This document shows, in pieces, positions 48,206 through 56,134 of a stretch of DNA of 56,134 nt; within the stretch, counting starts at the first letter, position 1; the number at the start of each line of letters is the position of its first letter. The DNA is from Faecousia sp. (GTDB lineage Bacteria; Bacillota; Clostridia; Oscillospirales; Oscillospiraceae). The notes below the pieces were generated by a model that saw nothing but the letters and a program-made list of their open reading frames with translations, searched no databases and had not been told where the DNA came from. The DNA lies in contig JAZQWQ010000108.1 of assembly GCA_045632385.1 (NCBI GenBank), positions 1-56,134 of the forward strand. The letters are read 5' to 3'. A program made the translations under genes and the position numbers.

Positions 48206-49501
48206 ATGAAAAATACATTTATCTGTAGCTGTGGAAAAACCCACAACGCACTGATCGACGACTATTTGATCCAACGAGGTGCTATCCGAAAAATTCCGGA
48301 ATATGTTAGATCCTACGGTGCAAAAAAATGCTTTTTAATTTGTGATAAGAACACTTATCAGGCCGCAGGACGTCAGGTAGAAGAGGTTTTGGCTCTTTCC
48401 GGTATCCCCTACTGCGGATACTGTTATGGGCAAGAGGTTATCCCTCCTAACGAAGAAAGTGTCGGTTCTGCCATTATGCATTTTGATCACAGTTGTGATT
48501 TTGTCATTGGTATCGGATCCGGTGTTATCAACGACATTGGCAAGATCTTGAGCAAAACCGCAAAAACACCCTATATGATCGTTGCTACAGCACCCTCCAT
48601 GGACGGATACGCTTCCGCTTCTTCTTCAATGACACGGGATGGATTAAAAATTTCCTTACCCAGCCAATGCGCAAACGTAATCATCGGTGATTTGGATGTT
48701 TTGTGTCAAGCGCCACTGAAAATGATGAAATCCGGCTTAGGCGATATGCTGGCAAAATATGTAAGTATCTGTGAGTGGCGGATTTCCCATCTGATCACCG
48801 GTGAGTATTACTGCGAGGAAATTGCGAAACTGATTCGGGAGGCTGTGCAAAGATGCGTTGAAAATGCCAACGGATTATTAAGCCGGGACGAACGTGCTGT
48901 TGCAGCGGTATTCGAAGGGCTGGTTATTGGTGGTGTGGCTATGAACTATGCCGGTGTTTCCCGCCCAGCCTCCGGTGTGGAGCATTACATTTCCCACGTT
49001 TTGGATATGCGCACAGTAGAATTTGGAGAGCCGGAAGATTTTCACGGCATCCAATGCGCTATCGGTACGTTAATTGCCACCCGACTTTACGAAAAGCTGA
49101 AAACCATTGCCCCGGATAAAGAAAAAGCTTTGTCCTATGTGGAAAATTTCTCCTGGGAGGATTGGCAGGCTGAACTAAGGTCGTTCCTGGGCAAAGGTGC
49201 TGAGAGTATGATCGCCCTAGAAGCCAAAGAACAAAAATATGACAAAGAGCGACACAAAGAACGACTGGAGATCATTCTCCAAAACTTGGATGGAATTCTT
49301 CAAATTATGGATGAGGAGCTTCCCCCATCCGAGGATTTGGAGAGGTTGCTCAATACCATAGATGCGCCAAAGACATTGGAAGAAATTGGTATTTCCTCAC
49401 AGCTAATACCTATGATCTTCAAAACAACAAAGGATATCCGCGACAAATACGTGCTGTCTCGCTTGGCTTGGGATTTGGGTGTTTTGGACGAAATTGTATA
49501 A
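48206..49501 (+). CDS. sn-glycerol-1-phosphate dehydrogenase (AraM/EgsA family)
   Basis: CSCGKTH, GSGVINDIGK, TAPSMDG, GLGDMLAK, SGVEH..SH and HGIQ. Confidence 0.9.
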   Translation: MKNTFICSCGKTHNALIDDYLIQRGAIRKIPEYVRSYGAKKCFLICDKNTYQAAGRQVEEVLALSGIPYCGYCYGQEVIPPNEESVGSAIMHFDHSCDFVIGIGSGVINDIGKILSKTAKTPYMIVATAPSMDGYASASSSMTRDGLKISLPSQCANVIIGDLDVLCQAPLKMMKSGLGDMLAKYVSICEWRISHLITGEYYCEEIAKLIREAVQRCVENANGLLSRDERAVAAVFEGLVIGGVAMNYAGVSRPASGVEHYISHVLDMRTVEFGEPEDFHGIQCAIGTLIATRLYEKLKTIAPDKEKALSYVENFSWEDWQAELRSFLGKGAESMIALEAKEQKYDKERHKERLEIILQNLDGILQIMDEELPPSEDLERLLNTIDAPKTLEEIGISSQLIPMIFKTTKDIRDKYVLSRLAWDLGVLDEIV

Positions 49502-49540
49502 AAAACGGTCACTGAAGAAATGCCTTCAGTGACCGTTTTT
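49501..49540. terminator. Bidirectional terminator
   Basis: aaaaacggtcactgaag / cttcagtgaccgttttt perfect 17-bp stem between convergent genes. Confidence 0.92.
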
Positions 49541-50682
49541 CAGCCATTCATATTGTCATAAACAAATTGAGAAAGAACCTTCACGCCAATCTCCAGCGCA
49601 TCTTCGTCAATATCAAAAGTTACCTGATGCAGCGCTGCAGTAATCCCCTTTTTCTGATTTCCGGTTCCCAATCTAAAGAAACAGGCAGGCTTTTTCTGCG
49701 TAAAGAAAGAGAAATCCTCACCGGTCATTGTTCTGCGGTTCTCCAGGATGAGTTTATCTGCACCCAAAGCCTTTTCCGCAGATTGAATAAGTTTTTGCGT
49801 AATCACAGGATCATTGTAGACCACAGGATAATGCTTCTGCACTGTGTATTCCGCACGACCGCCGCTTTCCTGGGCAATCGCTGCAATAATCGCCTTGATG
49901 CGGGCAATTGCTTTTTCTCTGTCTTCACTTTGATATGTACGCAAAGTACAGATCATCCGGCAATGCTCTGCCACGATATTATTCGTATTACCGGCATGAA
50001 TAGCTCCCACATTAAAAATGCAGGGATTGGCAGCATTGATTTCCTTAGCAATCATAAATTCAATTGCCGTATATGCTTTCACAGCCATCATAATCGCATC
50101 AACACCCTGGTGCTGTACACTGGCGTGGATGCTGGTACCGTAAAAATCCAGATAGAAGCCATCGCTGTTGGCATTAACCGCATAAGGCTGAACTTGAATT
50201 GTACCGACCTCAAAATTATTACTGCAGTGGAGCGCCAAAATACAGTCCACATCGTCAATTGCGCCGTTGTCGAGCATCATTTTTGCGCCACCGCTGGTTT
50301 CCTCTGCAGGCTGGAACAAGAACTTTACACAGCAGTTGATTTTGTCAGACTTCTCTTGCAATGCTTTGGCTGTTGCAAGCAAAATAGCCGTATGCGCATC
50401 ATGACCGCAGGCATGCATTTTTCCGGGAAGCAGGGACTTATAAGGTACGTCATTTTGCTCCTGCATAGGCAGTGCGTCCATATCAGCTCGCAAGGCAATG
50501 GTATAATTCCCCTTACCTTGGTTCAGTGTTGCAACGACACTTCCCTGTCCGTATTGCTCTGTATAAGGAAGACCAACAGCTTCCAACTCCCGCTTTACAA
50601 CAGCAATCGTATTTGGTAGTTCATAACCAATTTCCGGGTACTGATGCAGTTCTCTGCGGAGCTTTTGCGCATATGTATTCAT
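49540..50682 (-). CDS. M20D amidohydrolase
   Basis: RRELHQYPE, LRADMDALP, MHACGHD.H, FQPAEE and GEDF. Confidence 0.94.
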   Translation of the reverse strand: MNTYAQKLRRELHQYPEIGYELPNTIAVVKRELEAVGLPYTEQYGQGSVVATLNQGKGNYTIALRADMDALPMQEQNDVPYKSLLPGKMHACGHDAHTAILLATAKALQEKSDKINCCVKFLFQPAEETSGGAKMMLDNGAIDDVDCILALHCSNNFEVGTIQVQPYAVNANSDGFYLDFYGTSIHASVQHQGVDAIMMAVKAYTAIEFMIAKEINAANPCIFNVGAIHAGNTNNIVAEHCRMICTLRTYQSEDREKAIARIKAIIAAIAQESGGRAEYTVQKHYPVVYNDPVITQKLIQSAEKALGADKLILENRRTMTGEDFSFFTQKKPACFFRLGTGNQKKGITAALHQVTFDIDEDALEIGVKVLSQFVYDNMNG

Positions 50683-50693
50683 AGTTCTACCTC

Positions 50694-51524
50694 TTAAATT
50701 TCAAATGTAATGCCATCATAAGAAGCAAGCATACCATAGTTCTTAGCAATCTCATCCAATTCTTCAGGTGTTACCGCCTTGCCATCACGAACCAGTCCGT
50801 TATGCGAAAAGTGAGTCACCAGCCAGGGCGTATTCTCCACCACTGCGCCCATTTCCAAAAGGCGTTGGCGATGCAAAACGTTGTTTTCTAAAGACATATG
50901 GCTAATACCGGTCTTGCCTTCCTCTAGACAGAAAGTACAATCGCTGGCAACGAAGTCAAACCGGAAACCCTTTTCCTTTACAAATGCATAGACATCATCT
51001 CTCCAGAAGCCGGTGTCATTGTTATAAAGGATCGTTTTCTCGCCGTCAGAAATGATATAAACTAACGCATTGATCTTGCCGTGGCAAGCAGGCAATGCAG
51101 TGACAGTATAGTCGCCAGCCTGGAACGTTTCAAAACTTTCAATCAGGTGATACTCACACTTTTTTTCAGATGTAATTTTATCGTAGAGTTCCTTACAAAA
51201 ATCATTGCCCCAAACCTGGATGGGGTCCATATCGTTTTTACCGAACCAAGAGGTCGTCATTCTCAGTTCTTCGGGAATAAAATGGTCGGAATGGCTATGG
51301 GTCAACAATAGGTTTTTGATCTTGGTGTAATCCCGGTCATTGTTTAGAAAATGGATATAATTGTCCTGGCCGAAATCGATCAGCATATCGTCGTTGATGA
51401 AGGCTTGCGCCTGGGTGCGGATGCTTTTGCCTCCCAGTTTTCTTGCCTGCAGGCAGGCGGGACATTGACAGAACATCGCAGGAACACGTTCATAGGCGGC
51501 AGAGCCCATTATCTGAATTTTCAT
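50694..51524 (-). CDS. MBL-fold phosphodiesterase, PhnP-like
   Basis: P..FC.C..C N-terminal zinc site, THSHSDH, DTG and THFSH. Confidence 0.82.
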   Translation of the reverse strand: MKIQIMGSAAYERVPAMFCQCPACLQARKLGGKSIRTQAQAFINDDMLIDFGQDNYIHFLNNDRDYTKIKNLLLTHSHSDHFIPEELRMTTSWFGKNDMDPIQVWGNDFCKELYDKITSEKKCEYHLIESFETFQAGDYTVTALPACHGKINALVYIISDGEKTILYNNDTGFWRDDVYAFVKEKGFRFDFVASDCTFCLEEGKTGISHMSLENNVLHRQRLLEMGAVVENTPWLVTHFSHNGLVRDGKAVTPEELDEIAKNYGMLASYDGITFEI

Positions 51525-51589
51525 ACTGCACACTCCTTTTGCAATCTAGGGAAATCTTAGCATACTCCGCCCCAAAATGCAATTCTTTT

Positions 51590-52327
51590 CTAGCCTTTCC
51601 CAGAGGGGGATTTCCCATAAAATTTCTTGTAAATTCGGTAAAAGTTGCTGTAGTTTCCGTAACCGATCCTGAGAGAAACCTCTGTAGGATTTTCGCCAGA
51701 CTGTATCAAGTCATCTGCATAGGCCATCTTCTTTTGTAAAATATACTGTTTTACCGTTGTCTTCATTTCCCGGATAAATTTATGAGAGATAGTAGATTGA
51801 GAAATGTACGTGTTTTTTGAAATATCCTCCAGTGTGATTGGTTTACAAATATTTGCATCAATGTATTCCAAAATTGCCAAGATTTGTCCGCTGGGTTCTT
51901 TCGCACAAACAGGGTTCACCTTTTGCAGCGCAATGTAGAATATCTGCACCAACAAGCTTTTTTGAAGTGGTTCACAATAGGACTTGTCTATACTGTACCA
52001 CAGTTGATTTAAAATATTTGGAATATCTGCGTGGGTAATCACAGGGTTTTCCTGTAGGTCACAAAATAAACGTCCGTAAATTTCCTCCGGAATTTCTGTC
52101 TTCTCAAACAAGCCGGTAATCCGGCGATAACGCATACAGCTATTGGAAGAAATCGTATGGAAACACATAGGCGGTAAAATAATAATTTGATTATTTGAAA
52201 GATGAAATTTTCGCCCTTCAACTGTGACGGTAATATCTCCCTCAAGAATACAAATAATTTCAAAATTCGTGTGGCAATGGCTATCCCAGAGGGTCTTTTT
52301 AACAGTAAAATCTTCTTTATATTCCAT
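51590..52327 (-). CDS. AraC-family transcriptional regulator (cupin + HTH)
   Basis: HCHTNFEI cupin; GY.NYSNFYR.YKK.YG.SP HTH end; divergent from the oxidoreductase operon. Confidence 0.93.
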   Translation of the reverse strand: MEYKEDFTVKKTLWDSHCHTNFEIICILEGDITVTVEGRKFHLSNNQIIILPPMCFHTISSNSCMRYRRITGLFEKTEIPEEIYGRLFCDLQENPVITHADIPNILNQLWYSIDKSYCEPLQKSLLVQIFYIALQKVNPVCAKEPSGQILAILEYIDANICKPITLEDISKNTYISQSTISHKFIREMKTTVKQYILQKKMAYADDLIQSGENPTEVSLRIGYGNYSNFYRIYKKFYGKSPSGKG

Positions 52328-52458
52328 AACTATCCTCCTTATGGTATCATTATAGCTCGTTTTGCAAGAAAAGCAATGTTTTTTACTATTATGGTAATTG
52401 ATTTTACTTTTTTATGCTATATATTTAAGGTGGAATGAATATTGGGGAGGAAACAAAT

Positions 52459-53661
52459 ATGCTGTTAAACACTTCTTATTCTATAGGAGATTTGACCACT
52501 GCAAATCGTGTTGTATTTCAACCTATGGAGGGCTGCGATTGCGAAGAAAATGGTGCACCAAGCCAACTGACCATACAGAAATATCATAAAGAGGCAGCTT
52601 CCGGTGCAGGTATAATTTGGTTTGAAGCCTGTGCGGTATGTCCGGAAGGTCGAACAAATCCCCGTCAAATGATGCTGACTACAGAAAATCTGCAAGATTT
52701 CCGTCTGTTGGTTTCCCAGGTGCGGGATATCGCAAAAAAAGAGTGTAATATCGACCCGATACTCATTTTACAACTAACACATTCCGGTCGTCAAAGCATC
52801 GTTCCTATGATTGGCTATCGCAACGCTGTGTACGAAGAGCGCCGTCCTATGACGGATGAACACATTGTCAGCGACGAATATTTGGACACCTTGCCGCAAA
52901 AATATTTGACTTCTGCTCGCCTTGCAAAGGAAGCTGGTTTTGACGGGGTTGACATTAAATCCTGCCATGGCTACCTGTTCCAGGAGATGCTTTCTGCATT
53001 CTCCCGTCCTGGCAAATACGGAGGCAGCTTTGAAAACCGCGCTAAGCTGTATTTGGACACGTTGGCACTGGTAAACCGGGAGTTGGGCGACAAGATTCTA
53101 ATTGGCTCCAGACTCAGTGTGGTGGATATGGTGCCCAAGCCTTACGGTTTCGGCACCGATGAGCAGAACCAAATCGATATGACCGAACCATTGAAGCTAA
53201 TTTCTTTGGCATCAAAAAACGGTGTAAAGATTCTCAATGTTACCCTGGGAAATCCCTATTACAACCCCCATGTAAATCGTCCTTTCCGCAAAGGCGGCTA
53301 TACCCCTCCGGAGGCTGCAGATGTTGGTCTTGACCGGTTTGCACAGGTACAGAAGATAATCAAAGATCACTTTCCCGATTTGTGTGTGCTGGGTTCCGGC
53401 ATGTCTTACTACCGGGAAAATCTGATTGTAAAATCAGAAGAACTGCTTACAAAGGGCATTTGTGATTTGGTCGGCTACGGCAGAGTTTCCCTCGCCTACC
53501 CTATGTTCTATCGGGATTTCCTGAAGGGCGAATTTGACAGCAGAAAATGCTGTGTAGCATGCTCAAAGTGTACAGAGCTTATGCGAAATAAATGCGTGTC
53601 CGGCTGCGCGGTCTTCCACCCGTACTACCGGGAGTTGTATAAGGAAAAGGTGCAAAAATGA
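52459..53661 (+). CDS. NADH:flavin oxidoreductase (Old Yellow Enzyme family)
   Basis: NRVVFQPMEG, QLTHSGR, AGFDGVDIKSCHGYL, YGGSFENR and C-terminal CxxCxxC. Confidence 0.9.
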   Translation: MLLNTSYSIGDLTTANRVVFQPMEGCDCEENGAPSQLTIQKYHKEAASGAGIIWFEACAVCPEGRTNPRQMMLTTENLQDFRLLVSQVRDIAKKECNIDPILILQLTHSGRQSIVPMIGYRNAVYEERRPMTDEHIVSDEYLDTLPQKYLTSARLAKEAGFDGVDIKSCHGYLFQEMLSAFSRPGKYGGSFENRAKLYLDTLALVNRELGDKILIGSRLSVVDMVPKPYGFGTDEQNQIDMTEPLKLISLASKNGVKILNVTLGNPYYNPHVNRPFRKGGYTPPEAADVGLDRFAQVQKIIKDHFPDLCVLGSGMSYYRENLIVKSEELLTKGICDLVGYGRVSLAYPMFYRDFLKGEFDSRKCCVACSKCTELMRNKCVSGCAVFHPYYRELYKEKVQK

Positions 53662-54398
53662 TGGAGAAAATTGCAGTTGTCACCGGCGCTCGCCGGGGTA
53701 TTGGCAAAGGCATTGCCGATAAGCTGAAAGAAAAAGGATATACAGTGGTCTATTCTGCGGCCAGCGACACTATGGACGGTGAAATTTACTGTCAATGTGA
53801 CATTTCCAAAGCTGAGGATCGACAACGCCTTGCTGATTTTGTGGTTGATAGGTTTGGCCGGGTGGATCTGCTGGTAAATAATGCCGGCGTTGCCTGCAAG
53901 GAACGGTTGGACATTCTGGAAACCACCGAAGAAAGCTTCGATCGACTTTTGGAGATCAACACGAAAGGTACATTCTTCATGTGTCAGCTTTTCTCTAATT
54001 TGATGATTGAATTGCAGAAGAAAAAACTGAAGGATTATCACCCCAGAATTGTGAATATCTCCTCCATTTCCGCCTACACATCCAGCGTCAGCCGGGGTGA
54101 ATATTGTATTTCCAAGGCCGGAATCTCTATGGCCACGCAGCTGTTTGCAGATCGATTGGCCGAGTATAATATTGGTGTTTTTGAGGTTCGACCCGGAATC
54201 ATTCAAACCGATATGACTGCGGCAGTTCAGGGAAAATATGATAAACTGATTGCAGAAGACGGCATTTTGCCTACCCGTCGTTGGGGTACTCCGGAGGATG
54301 TTGCCAACTGTGTGTGGGCAGCTGCTTCCGGTGCGTTGGATTACGGCACAGGCACAGTTTTAAATGCCGATGGCGGTTTCCATTTAAGGAGATTATAA
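53658..54398 (+). CDS. Short-chain dehydrogenase/reductase (3-ketoacyl-ACP reductase-like)
   Basis: TGARRGIG, NNAG and YCISK catalytic motif. Confidence 0.92.
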   Translation: MMEKIAVVTGARRGIGKGIADKLKEKGYTVVYSAASDTMDGEIYCQCDISKAEDRQRLADFVVDRFGRVDLLVNNAGVACKERLDILETTEESFDRLLEINTKGTFFMCQLFSNLMIELQKKKLKDYHPRIVNISSISAYTSSVSRGEYCISKAGISMATQLFADRLAEYNIGVFEVRPGIIQTDMTAAVQGKYDKLIAEDGILPTRRWGTPEDVANCVWAAASGALDYGTGTVLNADGGFHLRRL

Positions 54399-56134
54399 TG
54401 AAATTTTATTTATATGATGCTGTGGTGATCGGTAGTGGTTGTGCAGGTCTGAACTGTGCCGACAGCCTGTATAACAACGGTGTGACCAATATTGCGCTGG
54501 TAACGGAAGGAATGAATATGGGTTCCTCCCGCAATACCGGCAGTGATAAGCAGACATATTATAAGCTCAGCCTGTCCTCAGATTGCATAGACGGTGTTGC
54601 AAAAATGGCAGAAAGCCTGTTTGCCGGTGGTGCTGTCCACGGGGATATTGCCCTATGTGAAGCTGCAAACTCTCTGCAGGGTTTTTACAAACTAGTGTCT
54701 CTTGGTGTCCCTTTCCCAAGTAATGAATACGGTGAATTTGTCGGCTATCAAACAGATCATGATGACACGAAACGTGCAACCTCCGCTGGGCCATTAACCT
54801 CCAAATATATGACTGAGGCTTTGGAAAAGCAGGTGCTATCCAAAAAGATACAGATTTTTGATAAAACCCTGGCTTTTCGCCTGATATGTTTGGATAACAG
54901 CATAAAAGGTGTCGTTTGTTACGATTTGAAGAATGCGGAATTTATTGTGATCAGCGCAAGCAATATCGTTTTGGCCACCGGTGGATGCGCCTATCTTTAT
55001 GAGAACAAGGTCTACCCTGCCAGTCAATCCGGAATGAGTGGAATGGCTATAGAAATCGGTGCAAAAACCGCAAATCTGTCTGAATGGCAGTATGGTCTTG
55101 CTTCAATTGACTTTCGTTGGAACGTATCCGGAACATATCAGCAGGTCATTCCCAAATATGTGTCGGTAGATGACAAAGGCAATGAATATGAGTTCCTCGC
55201 GGAATATTATGATGACCCGATTGAAGCACTAAATAACGTGTTCAAAAAAGGATATCAGTGGCCTTTTGACAGCCAAAAAATCCATGGTTCATCTTACATT
55301 GATATTTGTGTACATCGGGAGCTTGAAAAGGGTCGCAAGGTTTATATGGACTTCCGGAGCAATCCAACAGGATTGGATTTTGGGAAGCTATCCACAGAGG
55401 CCTACACGTATTTAAAGAATTCTGACGCGCTTTTTGGGACACCCATCGAACGTCTAGCCAAAATGAACCAAAAGGCCATTAATCTTTATCTTGACCACGG
55501 TATCGACCTGACAAAAGATATGCTCCGTGTAGCGGTCTGTGCCCAGCACCAAAACGGTGGTCTGGCAGTTGATACCCACTATGAGACCTCCGTAAAAGGC
55601 CTGTATGCTGTTGGCGAAGCCGCAGGGGTATACGGCATTTACCGTCCTGGAGGAAGTGCGCTGAACAGTTGTATGGTCAGTTCTTTGCGCGCAGCGAAAC
55701 ACATTGCATCCAAGGACAATCTGCCACTTTGGGAAGATAATCTTCCAGAATTGGCGCAGGCATATATCAATCAAATCCACTTTACCCCAAGCCCCTGGAA
55801 AGCCAGTTCTGTTATGCGGGAAATTCAAAAGGAGTTTAGTCTGTCTGCAGGTTTCCTGAGAAATCCGGATGGTATCAAAACGCTTCAGAAAACAGTCAAC
55901 TATTACCTGAATGAATTCGAAAAAAAGTTTGGTATTAATCAAAAAACTTCTGCTTTTGAATATTTTAAGCTTAGGGATATGCTTATTTCTGCAAAAAGCG
56001 TTTTGTCTGCTATGGATCTTTGGTGCCAAGATATTGGCTACCGGGGCGGTGCCTGGAGTGGCGGAGCAATCGGCGCAGATCCGGAAAAGAAGGGCTTTGT
56101 TCTTTACACGCAGGGCGCTGATGCAGGTTGGGAA
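54398..56134 (+). CDS. FAD-binding protein, SdhA/FrdA/NadB flavoprotein-like (3'-truncated; absent from ORF track)
   Basis: TAATG-coupled start; manual translation MKFYLYDAVVIGSGCAG..., LATGG, HQNGGLAVD...GLYAVGE...RPGGSAL; runs off the window. Confidence 0.88.
   Translation, partial: MKFYLYDAVVIGSGCAGLNCADSLYNNGVTNIALVTEGMNMGSSRNTGSDKQTYYKLSLSSDCIDGVAKMAESLFAGGAVHGDIALCEAANSLQGFYKLVSLGVPFPSNEYGEFVGYQTDHDDTKRATSAGPLTSKYMTEALEKQVLSKKIQIFDKTLAFRLICLDNSIKGVVCYDLKNAEFIVISASNIVLATGGCAYLYENKVYPASQSGMSGMAIEIGAKTANLSEWQYGLASIDFRWNVSGTYQQVIPKYVSVDDKGNEYEFLAEYYDDPIEALNNVFKKGYQWPFDSQKIHGSSYIDICVHRELEKGRKVYMDFRSNPTGLDFGKLSTEAYTYLKNSDALFGTPIERLAKMNQKAINLYLDHGIDLTKDMLRVAVCAQHQNGGLAVDTHYETSVKGLYAVGEAAGVYGIYRPGGSALNSCMVSSLRAAKHIASKDNLPLWEDNLPELAQAYINQIHFTPSPWKASSVMREIQKEFSLSAGFLRNPDGIKTLQKTVNYYLNEFEKKFGINQKTSAFEYFKLRDMLISAKSVLSAMDLWCQDIGYRGGAWSGGAIGADPEKKGFVLYTQGADAGWE

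Noticed and set aside
49567-50619. 350-aa plus-strand ORF
   Set aside because: Antisense to the M20 amidohydrolase; no domain signal.

Overview
A 56-kb, gene-dense chromosomal window, most likely from a gut Clostridia (Oscillospiraceae-like) genome; the taxonomy is inferred from gene content and order. It opens with the 3' end of a GGGtGRT gene, followed by a 285-bp insertion that duplicates the gene's last 58 bp around a strongly hairpinned segment. Next come an ABC-2 exporter and an XRE-TM / 5-formyl-THF cyclo-ligase / DUF1643 / small Cys-rich protein / lipoprotein operon. The housekeeping blocks are gdpP-rplI-dnaB-tilS-hpt-ftsH, rnj-dus, and miaB-mutS-(CPBP)-mutL-miaA-hfq-yggS-sepF-divIVA-[Ile T-box]-ileS. 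The accessory right half holds a GH3, an MFS transporter and a tightly coupled minus-strand run: membrane-anchored VanX-type peptidase, Ig-repeat transglutaminase, MBOAT, Cys-SGNH, lipoprotein, AEC, metY and a B3-like metallo-beta-lactamase fold. It ends with a probable sugar/polyol catabolic region: PHP, sorbose-1-P-reductase-like, G1P dehydrogenase, amidohydrolase, PhnP-like, AraC, OYE, SDR and a truncated FAD flavoprotein. I saw no rRNA, tRNA, CRISPR array, transposase or integrase. All product calls come from motifs recognised by eye; no database search was run.
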